From an uncultured delta proteobacterium (GTDB lineage Bacteria > Myxococcota > B64-G9), in NCBI GenBank assembly GCA_963754925.1, contig CAVWHX010000005.1, positions 32,001 to 96,000 of the forward strand: a stretch of DNA of 64,000 bases, given 5' to 3'. Positions 44,396 through 55,485 of this stretch are shown here, in pieces. Within the stretch, counting starts at the first letter, position 1. Every line of letters begins with the position of its first letter. The position numbers and the translations under genes are program-made. Below the pieces are notes generated by a model. It did not search any database. It saw only the letters and a program-made list of their open reading frames with translations, and was not told the origin of the DNA.

Positions 44396-45579
44396 TTGAA
44401 AACGGCAACACGGCCGCGGCCCTGGGAGTCAAGCTGGCCCGGGCGAGCGTGATTGCGGCCTATCCCATCACCCCGCAGACGCCGCTCACCGAGAAGCTCG
44501 CCAAGATGATCGACTCCGGCGAGATGCGCGCCGAATACATCCCGGTCGAGAGCGAGCATTCGGCCCTGGCGGTCTGCATGGCCGCCTGTTCGGCCGGGAC
44601 CAGGACCTTTACCGCCACCTGCGCCAACGGCCTGCTCTACATGCACGAACAGGTGCAGTGGGCCGCGGGAGCGCGGTTGCCGCTGGTCATGTGCGTGGTG
44701 AATCGGGCCGTGGGCGCGCCCTGGAATGTCTGGAACGACCAGCAGGATTCCATCTCGCAGCGCGACACCGGCTGGATTCAGATCTACGCGAGCGACCATC
44801 AGCAGATCATCGACGGCGTTATTAAGGCCTTTTATCTGGCCGAACGGGTAAACATCCCGGTCATGCTCTGTTACGATGGCTACATCCTTTCACACACCCA
44901 TATGCCCTTTGAACTGCCGGAGTCCGAGGCGGTCGACCGCTTCCTGATGCCCTTCAAACCCGATTACCTGCTCGATCCGGCCCATCCCGCCAATTTGAAT
45001 ACGGTCACCCTGCCGGACGTGCGCACGGACGTGCGCGGCGAGCTGGCGCACGGCTACATGGAGATCCGCTGCCTGCTGCAAGAGGATTTGCAGGCCGTGC
45101 TCGAAGCCGCGCAGGCGACCGAGAATCGTTTCAAGGAAATCTTCGGCCGCGGCGGCGATGCCTTCATGGAGCCCTACCGTCTGGAGGACGCCCGCTATGT
45201 CGTGCTGGGCCTGGGGTCTATCACCTATCAGTTGCACGACGTGGTGGACCGCTTGCGGGCCGAAGGCCTGGCCCTGGGCGTTTTGGGCGTGCGGCTTTAC
45301 CGGCCCTTCCCGGCCGAGGCCCTGGCGCTGGCGGTGCGCCACGTCCAAGGTCTGATCGTCATCGAAAAGGCGCTCTCCTACGGCTACGAAGGGGCGCTGT
45401 GCTCCGATCTCAAGGCAGCCCTGTACACCCATGCCGGTCCTGCTCGTCCCTGGGTGAAGGGCTATATCGCAGGCATCGGCGGCCGCGAAATCAAGACCGC
45501 CGATCTGACACACACGCTGCGTGCAGCCGTCCAGAGCCCGGAAGACTCCGCCACGCCCTGGATCGGGATCAAACTCTAG
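44386..45579 (+). CDS. porA: 2-oxoacid:ferredoxin oxidoreductase alpha subunit
   Basis: GN.AAA, AAYPITPQT, ESEHSA, NRA and YRPFP. Substrate specificity is not determinable. Confidence 0.92.
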   Translation: MHVIENGNTAAALGVKLARASVIAAYPITPQTPLTEKLAKMIDSGEMRAEYIPVESEHSALAVCMAACSAGTRTFTATCANGLLYMHEQVQWAAGARLPLVMCVVNRAVGAPWNVWNDQQDSISQRDTGWIQIYASDHQQIIDGVIKAFYLAERVNIPVMLCYDGYILSHTHMPFELPESEAVDRFLMPFKPDYLLDPAHPANLNTVTLPDVRTDVRGELAHGYMEIRCLLQEDLQAVLEAAQATENRFKEIFGRGGDAFMEPYRLEDARYVVLGLGSITYQLHDVVDRLRAEGLALGVLGVRLYRPFPAEALALAVRHVQGLIVIEKALSYGYEGALCSDLKAALYTHAGPARPWVKGYIAGIGGREIKTADLTHTLRAAVQSPEDSATPWIGIKL

Positions 45580-45592
45580 GGAGGGCCGCACC

Positions 45593-46495
45593 GTGTCCGC
45601 TAAAACCAGAGCGCCAGGTCTTCCGCGCGAAGAACCGGTTAACCCCGGCAACCGAGCCTGCACCGGTTGCGGGCTCGGCATTGCTTACCGCACCGGGCTC
45701 AAGGCCCTGGGGCCGGACACCATTCTGGTGGTGCCGCCCAGTTGTTTGACGGTGTTGCAAGGACTCTTCCCGATCGCCTCCACCAAGCTGCCGTGCCTGA
45801 ATGTGACCTTTGCCTCCAGCGCGGCCGCGGCCACCGGCATTCTGGCGGCGCTCAAGGTGCGCGGTCTGCCGAATACCAAGGTGGCGGTATGGGCAGGCGA
45901 CGGCGGCACCAGCGATATCGGCATTCAGGCGCTTTCCGGGGCTGCCGAGCGCGGCGATGACTTTATCTATCTGTGCTATGACAACGAAGGCTATATGAAC
46001 ACCGGCGCGCAGCGCTCGGGCACCACCCCCCTGGGCGCGCTGACCGCCAATACCCCCTATACCGGCAAACCCCAGCAGAAGAAGGACGTACCGGCCATCA
46101 TGGCGGCCCACGGCATCCGCTATGTGGCCACCGCATCGGCGGCCTATCCGCTGGATCTCTACGACAAGGTGAAAAAGGCTCTCAGCATGATCGGCACCAA
46201 ATACATCCATATCCACACTCCCTGTCCGCCGGGCTGGGGTTACGATACCTGCTTGAGTGTCAAGATCGGCAAGCTGGCCGTGCAGAGCGGCTACTACGAT
46301 CTCTATGAAGTCGATGGCGGCGCATTCACCTTAAGCCCGGCTTCGGAGAGTCGTTTGAGGAAAAAGCGTATCCCGGTGCGCGAGTTTTTCCGGACCCAAG
46401 CGCGTTTCAAGGCCCTGGGAGAGGACCGGATCGAAGAACTCCAAGCCCTCATCGACCAAAAGTGGCGGGGTTATCAGGGCATGGTTCCCCGATAG
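45593..46495 (+). CDS. porB: 2-oxoacid:ferredoxin oxidoreductase beta subunit (TPP-binding)
   Basis: ACTGCG, GDGGTSDIG...YDNEGYMNTG.QRS and PCPPGW. GTG start after GGAGGG. Confidence 0.92.
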   Translation: MSAKTRAPGLPREEPVNPGNRACTGCGLGIAYRTGLKALGPDTILVVPPSCLTVLQGLFPIASTKLPCLNVTFASSAAAATGILAALKVRGLPNTKVAVWAGDGGTSDIGIQALSGAAERGDDFIYLCYDNEGYMNTGAQRSGTTPLGALTANTPYTGKPQQKKDVPAIMAAHGIRYVATASAAYPLDLYDKVKKALSMIGTKYIHIHTPCPPGWGYDTCLSVKIGKLAVQSGYYDLYEVDGGAFTLSPASESRLRKKRIPVREFFRTQARFKALGEDRIEELQALIDQKWRGYQGMVPR

Positions 46496-46575
46496 TGCAA
46501 AATGTGGCCTTTACCCGTTACCTAAGAGGCTGGCACCTATTTTAGGGTGAGCATATTTTTTGATGCAAAGGGCCC

Positions 46576-47715
46576 TTATCGCTTCGGCCGGCACAGCTCG
46601 ATCCAGTCAATGATGACATCGAGTGCTAATCTGACATTGCCCACCTGGCAGTGGTTCTGAGCGTTCTCCATCCTGGTGAATATTCTGCCGGTGACCGATC
46701 GGGCGTTAATGAGGGCCTTCATCTGGTCGTGGAACTGTGAGGTGGGGACATAGTGATCTTCTGATCCGGCAAGCAGAAGCACATCCTGCGTGATCAACTT
46801 TGAAATATCTTTCGTTGTAAAATTGAGGAGTCGTCTGAAAAGTCGGTAAGGGGAATCCGCGCCCACGACACGCATACCGTGGTTTATCCCCCATTCAGCG
46901 TGCAAATCCGTTTTCATGATCAATGCCACGACGGGGTTGATGATAAAAGACGCCCCGGCCGCGAGGAGCAGCTGCATGGCATATTTCCCGGCCGACCCTT
47001 TGCGCTTCAGGAAACATTCAATGAATGTATACATCACGTCAAAGGCGACGACCCTTGAAATTCGCTTGTCATAGGCGGCGGCCCGCAGCGCGAGGCATCC
47101 GCCCAGTGAATGACCGATCAGCGTCACGTCGGTCAGCCTGCAATAATCAAGCACCGCAGACGCGGGTTTTTCCCATGCATGGGTCATGGGCATTCCGTTC
47201 TTTTTGAGCGGCGCGCCCTGTCCCGGTCCTTCAAAGGCGATGACCTCATACCCTGACGCATTCAAATAGAGCATCATAGGATATAGCTCTTCCAGGAATG
47301 AGTCGAAACCGCCGTGCAGGACGATAGTCCCCTTATCAGCGTCTCCTTTCACCAAGACCGCAGGCAGATATGCGTTTTCATAGGGTATGGAAATACTGGT
47401 TATGTTTTCATCCCGAAACAGCGCGCGCATCAGTTCGGTGTATTTATCGTGGGCTGCATTTTTGTCGGGATCGCGCGGATCCATAAAGAATTCAGCCAGA
47501 CGATAGTAATGGGCCGCGTTCATGAGCCGGCGTTCCTTTTCGGCGAGCATAGCAATCGACAGGGTCTCCCTTTTCCAGTCGGCATAGTTATGAATACGGG
47601 GTGCTATCGCCATGATATCTTCATCTCGGATCCCGGCCGCAAAGCGGTTGAATTGGAAATTGAGCTCAGGTATAGGGTGATAGTCCTTGTATCCGGTATG
47701 AAAAGTGATATTCAT
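46576..47715 (-). CDS. Alpha/beta hydrolase (FrsA / 2,6-dihydroxypseudooxynicotine hydrolase-like)
   Basis: GGFDS, FEGPGQG, GHSLGG nucleophile and NHCQVGN. Confidence 0.88.
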   Translation of the reverse strand: MNITFHTGYKDYHPIPELNFQFNRFAAGIRDEDIMAIAPRIHNYADWKRETLSIAMLAEKERRLMNAAHYYRLAEFFMDPRDPDKNAAHDKYTELMRALFRDENITSISIPYENAYLPAVLVKGDADKGTIVLHGGFDSFLEELYPMMLYLNASGYEVIAFEGPGQGAPLKKNGMPMTHAWEKPASAVLDYCRLTDVTLIGHSLGGCLALRAAAYDKRISRVVAFDVMYTFIECFLKRKGSAGKYAMQLLLAAGASFIINPVVALIMKTDLHAEWGINHGMRVVGADSPYRLFRRLLNFTTKDISKLITQDVLLLAGSEDHYVPTSQFHDQMKALINARSVTGRIFTRMENAQNHCQVGNVRLALDVIIDWIELCRPKR

Positions 47716-47761
47716 ATCTCAGCCTGCCGTTCAGGGTTATACGATGAGCTTGTACATGATG

Positions 47762-48618
47762 TCAGATTTTAGGGGAAACAGTGCGCTCGAGGCCGTAGTC
47801 GTGGTATAAAGCGGGCAAAATTTCAGCCAGATTAGTGTATTCTCGAGCGCAGTGCAGCGCCATTTGATAGGGCGTATCCCGAGGAATAGCCAGTCTTCTG
47901 ACTAATCTCGTGTTCGCAAAACGATTAATGACCGACTTTTCCGGGAATATGTTCAGTTTGATGTTTCCCCGATCCAGAAGCGGCTGCGCATCTCGACGCC
48001 ATCTGCCGTATTCCGGACAAAATGGCACATGCGCGTATGTCGGACCTTTTTGGTCACCGAACCGACAACGGAGCAGATGACCGTTGCCACCCCAGCCTGT
48101 GCGAACCGCGACGTATCGAATCCAAAATCTTCGGGTGGGGCAAAAGTTATGGACAGAATGTCCAAACCGATGCCGATGTCCTCTACCGGGTAATGGGGGT
48201 TATTCAGGAACCGTTCTCGAACCGACAGCGAGGAATTTTCAAGCCGCGCTCGGTCCGCGACACTAATCCCCGCGTGGGAGCCTGGGTACCAGATTTTATA
48301 ACGCAGGTTCTCGAGAGCATGCCACCAGAACCACCAGTGAAGCATCTCTACGCTTACCCCCGGCATTTTCGTCAACACGGCGACGTAATAGGTATTGTCC
48401 GGCATACGGCAGTGGCCGGTTTCCACCGCATGGTATCCCGGATTCAAAAGGTCGTTTATCCTCTCAAAGGGAAGGGCGTCAGACGGATCTATGGGACCCC
48501 TTTGTATGGCATGCATAGTTTCTTCAGGCACCGTGGCGAGTTTCTTATAGAAATATTTAGCATAGGGTTTGGCTTTTTCTTCTTCCGTGAGTTCAGCCTG
48601 AAAATGCCTATTTTTCAT
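47762..48618 (-). pseudogene. DAPG hydrolase (PhlG)-like protein, 1-nt frameshift at ~47964-47970
   Basis: MPGV..EML.WWFWWH, RYKIW.P..H, EDIG and MRSRFWIG. The C-terminal HCAREYTNLAEILP.LY lies in another frame, and one base missing in GGGGAAA would rejoin them. Confidence 0.8.
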
Positions 48619-48850
48619 ATAACTCACCAAATTATGATTCACCGTAAGAGACCAATATTGAAAACATGTAGTCCTGTCAACCATTCTCTCAAAAAACTGG
48701 TTTGACAGACTGAACTACTTTATACCCGATTTGTCTTAGAGCTTGTTACCGAGCGAAGGGAGGCTTAAAATTTTTTTATCTGATGCTCTGGCTGTTACTG
48801 ATAGGCTGGCACTCAGCCTAGGGGTTTCTGCTGCCGACTACAAGCAATCA

Positions 48851-49498
48851 TCAATCCCACGTGGTTCGAACCTGTTGGCGAACCGTCTTGATGCCGTTTT
48901 TTTCGCCGTCCGGTTCCGGCTCCGTCCAGTCTGCCCGCGGATTTTTCCCGCCTGAGAGCACTACCAGCCGGTGCACGAACTCAGTTGAATAAATCTGGTT
49001 AAATGGGGCGGCGAAGGCGGGCCATCCATGAATAAGGGTCTCCGCAATGCCCTTATCGATAATGCGCACTTCGGTGCTGCCAAAATCAAAATATTGTTTG
49101 TGAATAACTGGTATTCGTCGCATAGCTGTTTCGGGAGAAGTAAAAAATAATAGCACGACATACACACCACTGAGATCCCTCTCAGTGTGCAGGGCTGCAT
49201 GCTCTTTCAGCGTCTCATAGGGCGAACGCCCCGTGGCAGCAACGACCGCTCTGGAGAAAGGAATTCCCGGCAGGTAGTCGTACCATTTGTTTGGCATGAA
49301 TTTTTGTCGGAAGAACTCTCGTGTTGTCGGATCATCGATCAGCTCAACCACTCGATCAAACCCAGCGGGCACCAATTTATCAGTGCGGAATCGTAAATCT
49401 GAATAGGCGGTGCCCTTGATATTGAAGGGGCTGGTGCCAGCAGGTACCGGAAGCTTTGGTGGTAGCAGCGTATCAAGCACACTATCGTTAGCCATCAA
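48851..49498 (-). CDS. Myxobacterial-type hypothetical protein (DUF2378/TIGR02265-like)
   Basis: IKG.AY, F....WYD..P, DLSGVY..LL...SPE, YFDFG and terminal W. Confidence 0.6.
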   Translation of the reverse strand: MMANDSVLDTLLPPKLPVPAGTSPFNIKGTAYSDLRFRTDKLVPAGFDRVVELIDDPTTREFFRQKFMPNKWYDYLPGIPFSRAVVAATGRSPYETLKEHAALHTERDLSGVYVVLLFFTSPETAMRRIPVIHKQYFDFGSTEVRIIDKGIAETLIHGWPAFAAPFNQIYSTEFVHRLVVLSGGKNPRADWTEPEPDGEKNGIKTVRQQVRTTWD

Positions 49499-49622
49499 AG
49501 CACCTCCCCCGGTTAAGCGACTACTTTGAAAGATGCGGTGTTTCTATAAAGCCATAATAAATATATTCTTGATTCAGGTTCGAGTCAAACCAAGAGAAAA
49601 ACCTCAATAATACCAAGACTCG

Positions 49623-49647
49623 GTAGTGCCTCAAACTGAGGCACTAC
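49623..49647. repeat. Perfect 11-bp inverted repeat in a divergent intergenic region
   Basis: GTAGTGCCTCA-AAC-TGAGGCACTAC. Confidence 0.7.
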
Positions 49648-49726
49648 TCAAAACTCTTTTATTTTGCGGTTGCATTATTAAGATAATAGTATCGGCGCAC
49701 CAAAAAGAAAAAATGCGGAGGATTCA

Positions 49727-50782
49727 GTGAATAAAACATATCATCGTAATTCGTTTTTCAGCATTATTCCGCCGCACATGCTCGACCAGATCGCGCGAAA
49801 CGGCAACAAAGCTCAAAGGGAATGGGCCCTTGACACGTTGGCGGTCGATCATACCATCAGATCGGTACGATTGGCAGAAAGGCCACGAGCCCAAGCGCTG
49901 AGGGACGCAACGCCGGGGCAGGCGCAGCGTACCATCTATTCGGCGAAACATACGACCGACCTGCCGGGGACGGTGGTCCGTACGGAAGGGCAGGGGAAGA
50001 CCTCGGATGTCGAGATCAACGAGGCGTACGATTACCTCGGCGCGACCTATGATTTGTACTGGAACGCCTATCATCGAGATTCGATCGATGACGCCGGCAT
50101 ACCGCTTCTCGGAATAGTTCATTACGGCATAAGGTATGACAACGCGTTCTGGGACGGGGCGGAAATGGTTTTCGGCGACGGCGACGGCAAACTGTTTAAC
50201 CGATTCACCATAGCCTCCGATGTGGTCGGTCACGAACTCACCCACGGTGTTACCGAACATGAGGTAAACCTTACATACTTCAATCAGGCGGGCGCGTTGA
50301 ATGAATCGGTTTCCGACGTGTTCGGCTCGCTCGTGAAACAATACCTCCACAAACAAACCGCCAATACGGCTGATTGGCTCATAGGCGCGGGGCTGCTCGC
50401 CAAGGGCCTGAAGGGCAAGGCGCTGCGCTCAATGGCGGCCCCGGGAACCGCTTATAACGATCCTGTCCTCGGGAAAGATCCCCAGCCGGCCCATATGAAC
50501 GATTACGTTCACACCACCCAGGATAATGGCGGGGTTCACATCAACTCGGGAATCCCGAACCACGCGTTCTACCTTGTCGCTACCACCATCGGCGGAAAAG
50601 CCTGGGAGAAGTCCGGCAGGATCTGGTACGATACGATTTGTGACCCGAGGTTCAAAGCGAATGCGGGATTTGCCGCATTTGCGAAACGCACTGTGGCCAA
50701 CGCAACTCATTTGTACGGGGCCAAAGCAAAACAAACCAAGGCGGTACAGGATGCATGGATGGCGGTAGGTGTTGCGACGTGA
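49727..50782 (+). CDS. M4 metallopeptidase, protealysin-like
   Basis: Short propeptide IIPPHML, NAFWDG, HELTH, GALNES.SD and DNGGVHINSGIPN. Confidence 0.95.
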   Translation: MNKTYHRNSFFSIIPPHMLDQIARNGNKAQREWALDTLAVDHTIRSVRLAERPRAQALRDATPGQAQRTIYSAKHTTDLPGTVVRTEGQGKTSDVEINEAYDYLGATYDLYWNAYHRDSIDDAGIPLLGIVHYGIRYDNAFWDGAEMVFGDGDGKLFNRFTIASDVVGHELTHGVTEHEVNLTYFNQAGALNESVSDVFGSLVKQYLHKQTANTADWLIGAGLLAKGLKGKALRSMAAPGTAYNDPVLGKDPQPAHMNDYVHTTQDNGGVHINSGIPNHAFYLVATTIGGKAWEKSGRIWYDTICDPRFKANAGFAAFAKRTVANATHLYGAKAKQTKAVQDAWMAVGVAT

Positions 50783-50794
50783 AGAAATAAAGAC

Positions 50795-51133
50795 ATGAGA
50801 AAAACGGCCAACGTAGTGTCATTCGGTACGAGTTCAATAATCTCCATTGCGCGCGAAGGCGGTTTCGCGTGTATACCCGGTCTCGCGAAACCGAGGAGGA
50901 TTGTGCTCTCGGCGTGCGGCGAAGATGAGAGAAACCGTATTACCGAGTTGATACGATCGGCTGCCACGCGCGCGGTACCGGATGTCGGGAGCGGCGATCA
51001 GCGCTATTACCGGATCGAGATCCTCACGGGGCCATCGGTAAAAAAACCGGCCCAGACATTTCTGCTTGCCGAGAAGGACGCTTCCGAAGAGATCGTTAAG
51101 CTCTGGGAGAAAGCCAGCGAAGCAGTCTGCTAG
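50795..51133 (+). CDS. Protealysin inhibitor emfourin
   Basis: REGGFA.IPGL and GDQRYYRIEI. Directly downstream of the protealysin gene. Confidence 0.82.
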   Translation: MRKTANVVSFGTSSIISIAREGGFACIPGLAKPRRIVLSACGEDERNRITELIRSAATRAVPDVGSGDQRYYRIEILTGPSVKKPAQTFLLAEKDASEEIVKLWEKASEAVC

Positions 51134-51234
51134 AACTGGTGCTCGATCGGCTCATGGACAAAAAAGTTGTTGGCACTGTGCTGACGACCGGTAAGAAGAT
51201 TTGGACGCCTGTCGGTGACCAGTTGACCCTTGAG

Positions 51235-52429
51235 TTAAGTTTTAATTCTAGCCTCAGATCTTTTGAGCATCGGTAAGAATGCGGTGCGTTCGTTCTCAAC
51301 AAGCTCTACCGCAGAACGCGAGCACTGATGCACGCATTGCCCGCACCCGATGCATTTCTTGGTAGCGATAATCGCTTTTTTATCCACGATGGAAATCGCT
51401 GCCGTCGGGCAGCATTTTTCACATTTGTTGCATCCAATACATTTTGAACTATCAGCGATCTTCGCCAGGTAGTAGCTATGATAGCGCAACGGCACAGCCG
51501 CCATGTTGTAGGATCGCAGTATTCCGCAACAGTCCCAGCAGCAGTTGCAAATGCCGATTTGAGGAAGGTTGGTATCATCCTTTTCATGAAATACGGTATG
51601 GATGGCGCCCATGTCTCTAGCTTTTTGAACAACATCAAAAGCCTCTTCTTTGCTGATTTGGTGTGCATGTCCATACTTAATGTAGGGTTTAATTTCATTG
51701 CCAAAACCTATGCATCCTCCATTGTCGGGCATCTTAAGGCGGCAGGGATCATTAATGTTTGATGTAATCGTTCTGCACATACACTTGAACTGACCGATGA
51801 TACTTTTACTTCCGTATTCGAGTATCAAATCATTGACGGATTTTGTTGGATAAATCTTTGAATCAGGAACATCAATGGTGCGATTAATTACTACCGTGGA
51901 TTTCCCTTTTGCATCCTTTGACTCATGAATTAAGCCAACACTGTGATTCGATACTCGTGCATGCTTTGCCATCAAGTTCATTAAGTTTTCTGAAGGGGAA
52001 GAAATTGTGGTTTCGCAACGTTTCAAATAATCCCATAATCCTCCGGGCGAACTCCTTTTCTTCGGGTTTCCCCTTTAAGTACGGGACCTGTGCTTCATAC
52101 CACCCGACGATAAAAGGATTGAGCGTATATCGTTCTTCCCCTGTCTCAGTATATCTCGTTCCTATAAACCCCTTTTGTTTGAGGGATTCGAATAGAGAAT
52201 TGAATTTCTCACCGTTCATATCACTTACAGCTGCAGCCTGTTCATATGAGTACAAATCCGTGCGCAAATGCAGGAGAAGGTCGAGCTCGTCTTCGGTGAG
52301 AACTAAATCGATAATTTTAAGAAATGAATTAACCGGTGGAAAGGGCCTTTTATTTTGCTTGTTCATCAGCAAGACAAGCTCTCTGAGATCACGTTTCTTT
52401 TTTTGCAGACTTATATTTTTTCCTGGCAT
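51235..52429 (-). pseudogene. 4Fe-4S binding protein (same family as 36418-37731), +1 frameshift at 51986-51989
   Basis: N-half (PFIVGWYE) and C-half (CMCR, CNCCWDCC, CIGCNKCEKCCP, CIGCGQCVHQC) join as FPFRNLMNL if one A of an A4 run is removed. Confidence 0.82.
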
Positions 52430-52675
52430 ATCCCTCTCCTCAATAACCCTCTGAAGAATGCTTCATTCAAGTCTCACCTTGAGCGCCCGCCAAAAGAAAA
52501 TAGCGCGTTCCCCCCTTCCTCTGAAGAAGAACAGTAGAGTTTGTCCTTCGTAAGAGATAACAATTCCAACTCCTGTTCCGATATATAGTTTCACGGAGAC
52601 AGGGGTTGTAATTATCCAGACAGGATAGAAATCATGGCTGTTTTTAGTAGTCAAGAATAAAGGATGGTTGAGCGG

Positions 52676-54211
52676 CTAAGGACTTCCGGATCCGTTGGCA
52701 TGACGACTGCGGAACGCCAAGAACGAAAACACCAAGATCACGGTGAGCGCCCAACTCCACACATTCGCATCCTTGCTGCTTGCGCTACTGCTGCATCCTC
52801 CGACGACACCTTTGTCCCCGATAGGGGCCGACCCGCAATCCGGCATCGCCGTGTAAACACAGGTATGCGCGTTCATATTGCATAGATCCGTGGTGCACGA
52901 ATCTCCGTCGTTACAATCTGTGTCGGCCTGGCAGCAGGTCGTAATTTTCGTATTTGAACATACGCCCGTCTGAGCATCGCAGGCGTCCGTGGTGCAGGCA
53001 TTGCCGTCGTCACAATCCGCAACGCTTGTACATGCTTTTGGCGGTGCGGTTGGCTTCCAGAAATTGCCGGTGAGCATGAGCATATACAGCGCACGAAGCG
53101 ACGTCTCATAATAGTTATCAATCGTCAGCGACTTGAAATACGTGGTGAAGCTGTCCACGCTCGATTGACTATTGGTCATGGCGCCGGTGGTCATGCCGCC
53201 GATGAAACAATCCGATCCGTTCCAACTGCCGCGTGCGGTCCCGTTGGTATAGTAGCCGTCTAAAAAATTGGCGATGCCCATGGTCGAGGTGATCCAGTCG
53301 GTCATGGTGTCGGTAATCGTTTTTAGGTCGGCCGTACCGTACCAGAGGTAGTCGGCCGCCGCGCGCCACGGGATTCGGCAGCCGTTATAGTCGACATAGT
53401 CCTCACCGGTCGAGCCAACGGCGCCGTACTGGTTTACCTCGTTGGCGATCAGGCCGGTCGTGCTATTGTGGTTTGCATACCAGATGGCGACCGCATCATC
53501 CGCAGCCTTCGACCAAAATGAATCTCCGCTGAACTCGTAAAAAACGCGATAGTACGCCGGCATGAAGTAGGAGGTGTTTTCCGAGTTGCAACCGCTGTCC
53601 CAATCCCCGTTGGTTGCCATGTTCCGACCCGTGGCGCTACAGGTGGTGTAGTCGTGAGCTTTGAGAGTCTGCAGGTAATCGAGGGCGATTTGTCGGTAAG
53701 CGTCGCCCCATTGGGATACCGCAACAATCAGGGCAAAACCAATGTCCGTGTCTCCGTCGGTGGCTGACCCATCGCCCCCCGAATCTGAGGTCGCGCCGTT
53801 GCAATCGACCTTCCACATCATGAGACCGCTTGAGTTCAATTTGCTTTGCACAAAATTCCACAACCCGTCGAATTCGGTTTTATCGCCGAAGTAGGCTGTC
53901 AGCACCATCCCATAACCCATGCCTTCGGATACGGTTGTGCCGGTCGGACTATTGAACTCCACACGGTAGTTGCCGCAGTTGGTTTTAAGATAGGTGTTCT
54001 TCCAGTGAGTGTAGATGGCTTGCGCGTCATTCGAAGTCAGATTGCTCGAAATAAATCCCTGTCCGTAACCAGTGTTCTGCGGAAAAGGTTTGTTTTGCGC
54101 TACGGCACTACCCGGTATGACGACGAGACCCAACAGGGCGCACACAATCGCAGGCAAGCCCGCACAACGCAACCGAGCTAACAATGTGTTTTCCTGCTCG
54201 ATTTTTAACAT
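52676..54211 (-). CDS. Glycoside hydrolase family 8 with Cys-rich linker repeats and a MYXO-CTERM-like anchor
   Basis: TVSEGMGYGM, SATDGDTDI, YNGCRIPWR, CDDGNACTTDAC repeats, then GGCSSS, a hydrophobic helix and a basic tail. Confidence 0.9.
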   Translation of the reverse strand: MLKIEQENTLLARLRCAGLPAIVCALLGLVVIPGSAVAQNKPFPQNTGYGQGFISSNLTSNDAQAIYTHWKNTYLKTNCGNYRVEFNSPTGTTVSEGMGYGMVLTAYFGDKTEFDGLWNFVQSKLNSSGLMMWKVDCNGATSDSGGDGSATDGDTDIGFALIVAVSQWGDAYRQIALDYLQTLKAHDYTTCSATGRNMATNGDWDSGCNSENTSYFMPAYYRVFYEFSGDSFWSKAADDAVAIWYANHNSTTGLIANEVNQYGAVGSTGEDYVDYNGCRIPWRAAADYLWYGTADLKTITDTMTDWITSTMGIANFLDGYYTNGTARGSWNGSDCFIGGMTTGAMTNSQSSVDSFTTYFKSLTIDNYYETSLRALYMLMLTGNFWKPTAPPKACTSVADCDDGNACTTDACDAQTGVCSNTKITTCCQADTDCNDGDSCTTDLCNMNAHTCVYTAMPDCGSAPIGDKGVVGGCSSSASSKDANVWSWALTVILVFSFLAFRSRHANGSGSP

Positions 54212-54479
54212 AGGCGGTTCCTTTAGATTTACCGAGACCAGCATAGAGAACTATACCTAGTTGAAATATATGTGCAAAATCGGTACCATAATTGTAATCT
54301 CGCAAACCTACATAACAGGGGATAAATCAATTACATTTTCAAAAGACTGCCTAAGATTATAAACGAGCATGAAGCATTTTGGCTTCAGGTTGGGAGAAAT
54401 ACTCAAAATCTACTGTAATTTGAATATGTTAGTCCCGAAATCTTTTCATAACAGCGGATACTGCTGCTGAAGGCGGCAT

Positions 54480-55337
54480 CTATTTTGCGCCACCCATCTT
54501 GCCCAAGTCGAGGAGGGGGATGGCTCCTCCGGAGACTTGCGGCAAAATACCATTCCATTTCTCGATACCCTTGTACTGCACGAGGATCGGGCTGATCGAC
54601 TTTGATAGCGCATCATTGGCCTTGGCCTGTCCCTGAGCCACCACCAGAATGGATTCAGCCTCTCCCTTTGCGGTGGCGACCTTTTGCTGCGCTTCGATCT
54701 CCCGTTGGGCTAACACCTGTTTCTGCGTCTCCACCTGTTGCTGGGCCACTTGTTTGGCCTCGATCGCCCCTTCATATTCGGTAGAGAACCGGATGTTGGC
54801 AAAGTAGATGTCATCGACGACGATGTGGTACCTCGTTAGGTTATCTCCCAACTTTTTCATCGCCCGTTGACGAATCTCCTCCCTCTTGGGAAGTATCTCC
54901 CCGATTGGGTAGGTCGGCACAACCTCCTTGACAAAGTCGTTGAAAGCCGGATCGATCACCTTGTCGGCAAAATCGAGCCCCACTTTCTGGTACAGATCAT
55001 TCACCAGAGTTGGGTCGATATGGAAGTTCATCATACCCGTCATTTTCACGAGCTGGTATTCTTTTGAGGAGGCATCGATCTCCTTGAACGGGTGGGGTTG
55101 AACCTTGACGTCCACCTTGATCACTCGTTCGGCAACGGGCACCTTGAAATTGAGACCCTCGCCCATAATTCTGTTTTCCACGCTTCCCCATAAGAGGACA
55201 ACCCCTCGGTGGCCGGCTGGAACGATGGTAAAAAAGTCCCATGAAAAAATGAGCAGAATCAAGATGACGATAAAAATTAAGATGGTTAACAGTCGTGGTC
55301 CCGTAACATAAGGCTTTCCCGGCGATCCTTCCGGCAT
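54480..55337 (-). CDS. SPFH/prohibitin family protein
   Basis: N-terminal TM, VPAGHRGV, EGLNFKVP, AIEAKQVAQQ and EKWNG.LP. Confidence 0.9.
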   Translation of the reverse strand: MPEGSPGKPYVTGPRLLTILIFIVILILLIFSWDFFTIVPAGHRGVVLLWGSVENRIMGEGLNFKVPVAERVIKVDVKVQPHPFKEIDASSKEYQLVKMTGMMNFHIDPTLVNDLYQKVGLDFADKVIDPAFNDFVKEVVPTYPIGEILPKREEIRQRAMKKLGDNLTRYHIVVDDIYFANIRFSTEYEGAIEAKQVAQQQVETQKQVLAQREIEAQQKVATAKGEAESILVVAQGQAKANDALSKSISPILVQYKGIEKWNGILPQVSGGAIPLLDLGKMGGAK

Positions 55338-55485
55338 GGTTTACCTCCTCTGGCTTTCTCGGCAATGCGCCCCAACAGTATTTTCTTTATTGTAGCGTAC
55401 CTCATAGTATAGTTAACATCTTGGAGAAAAAAAGACATCATCTAATTTACTCTATTAACAAAATTCAAGGAGATAAGCTATTCCT

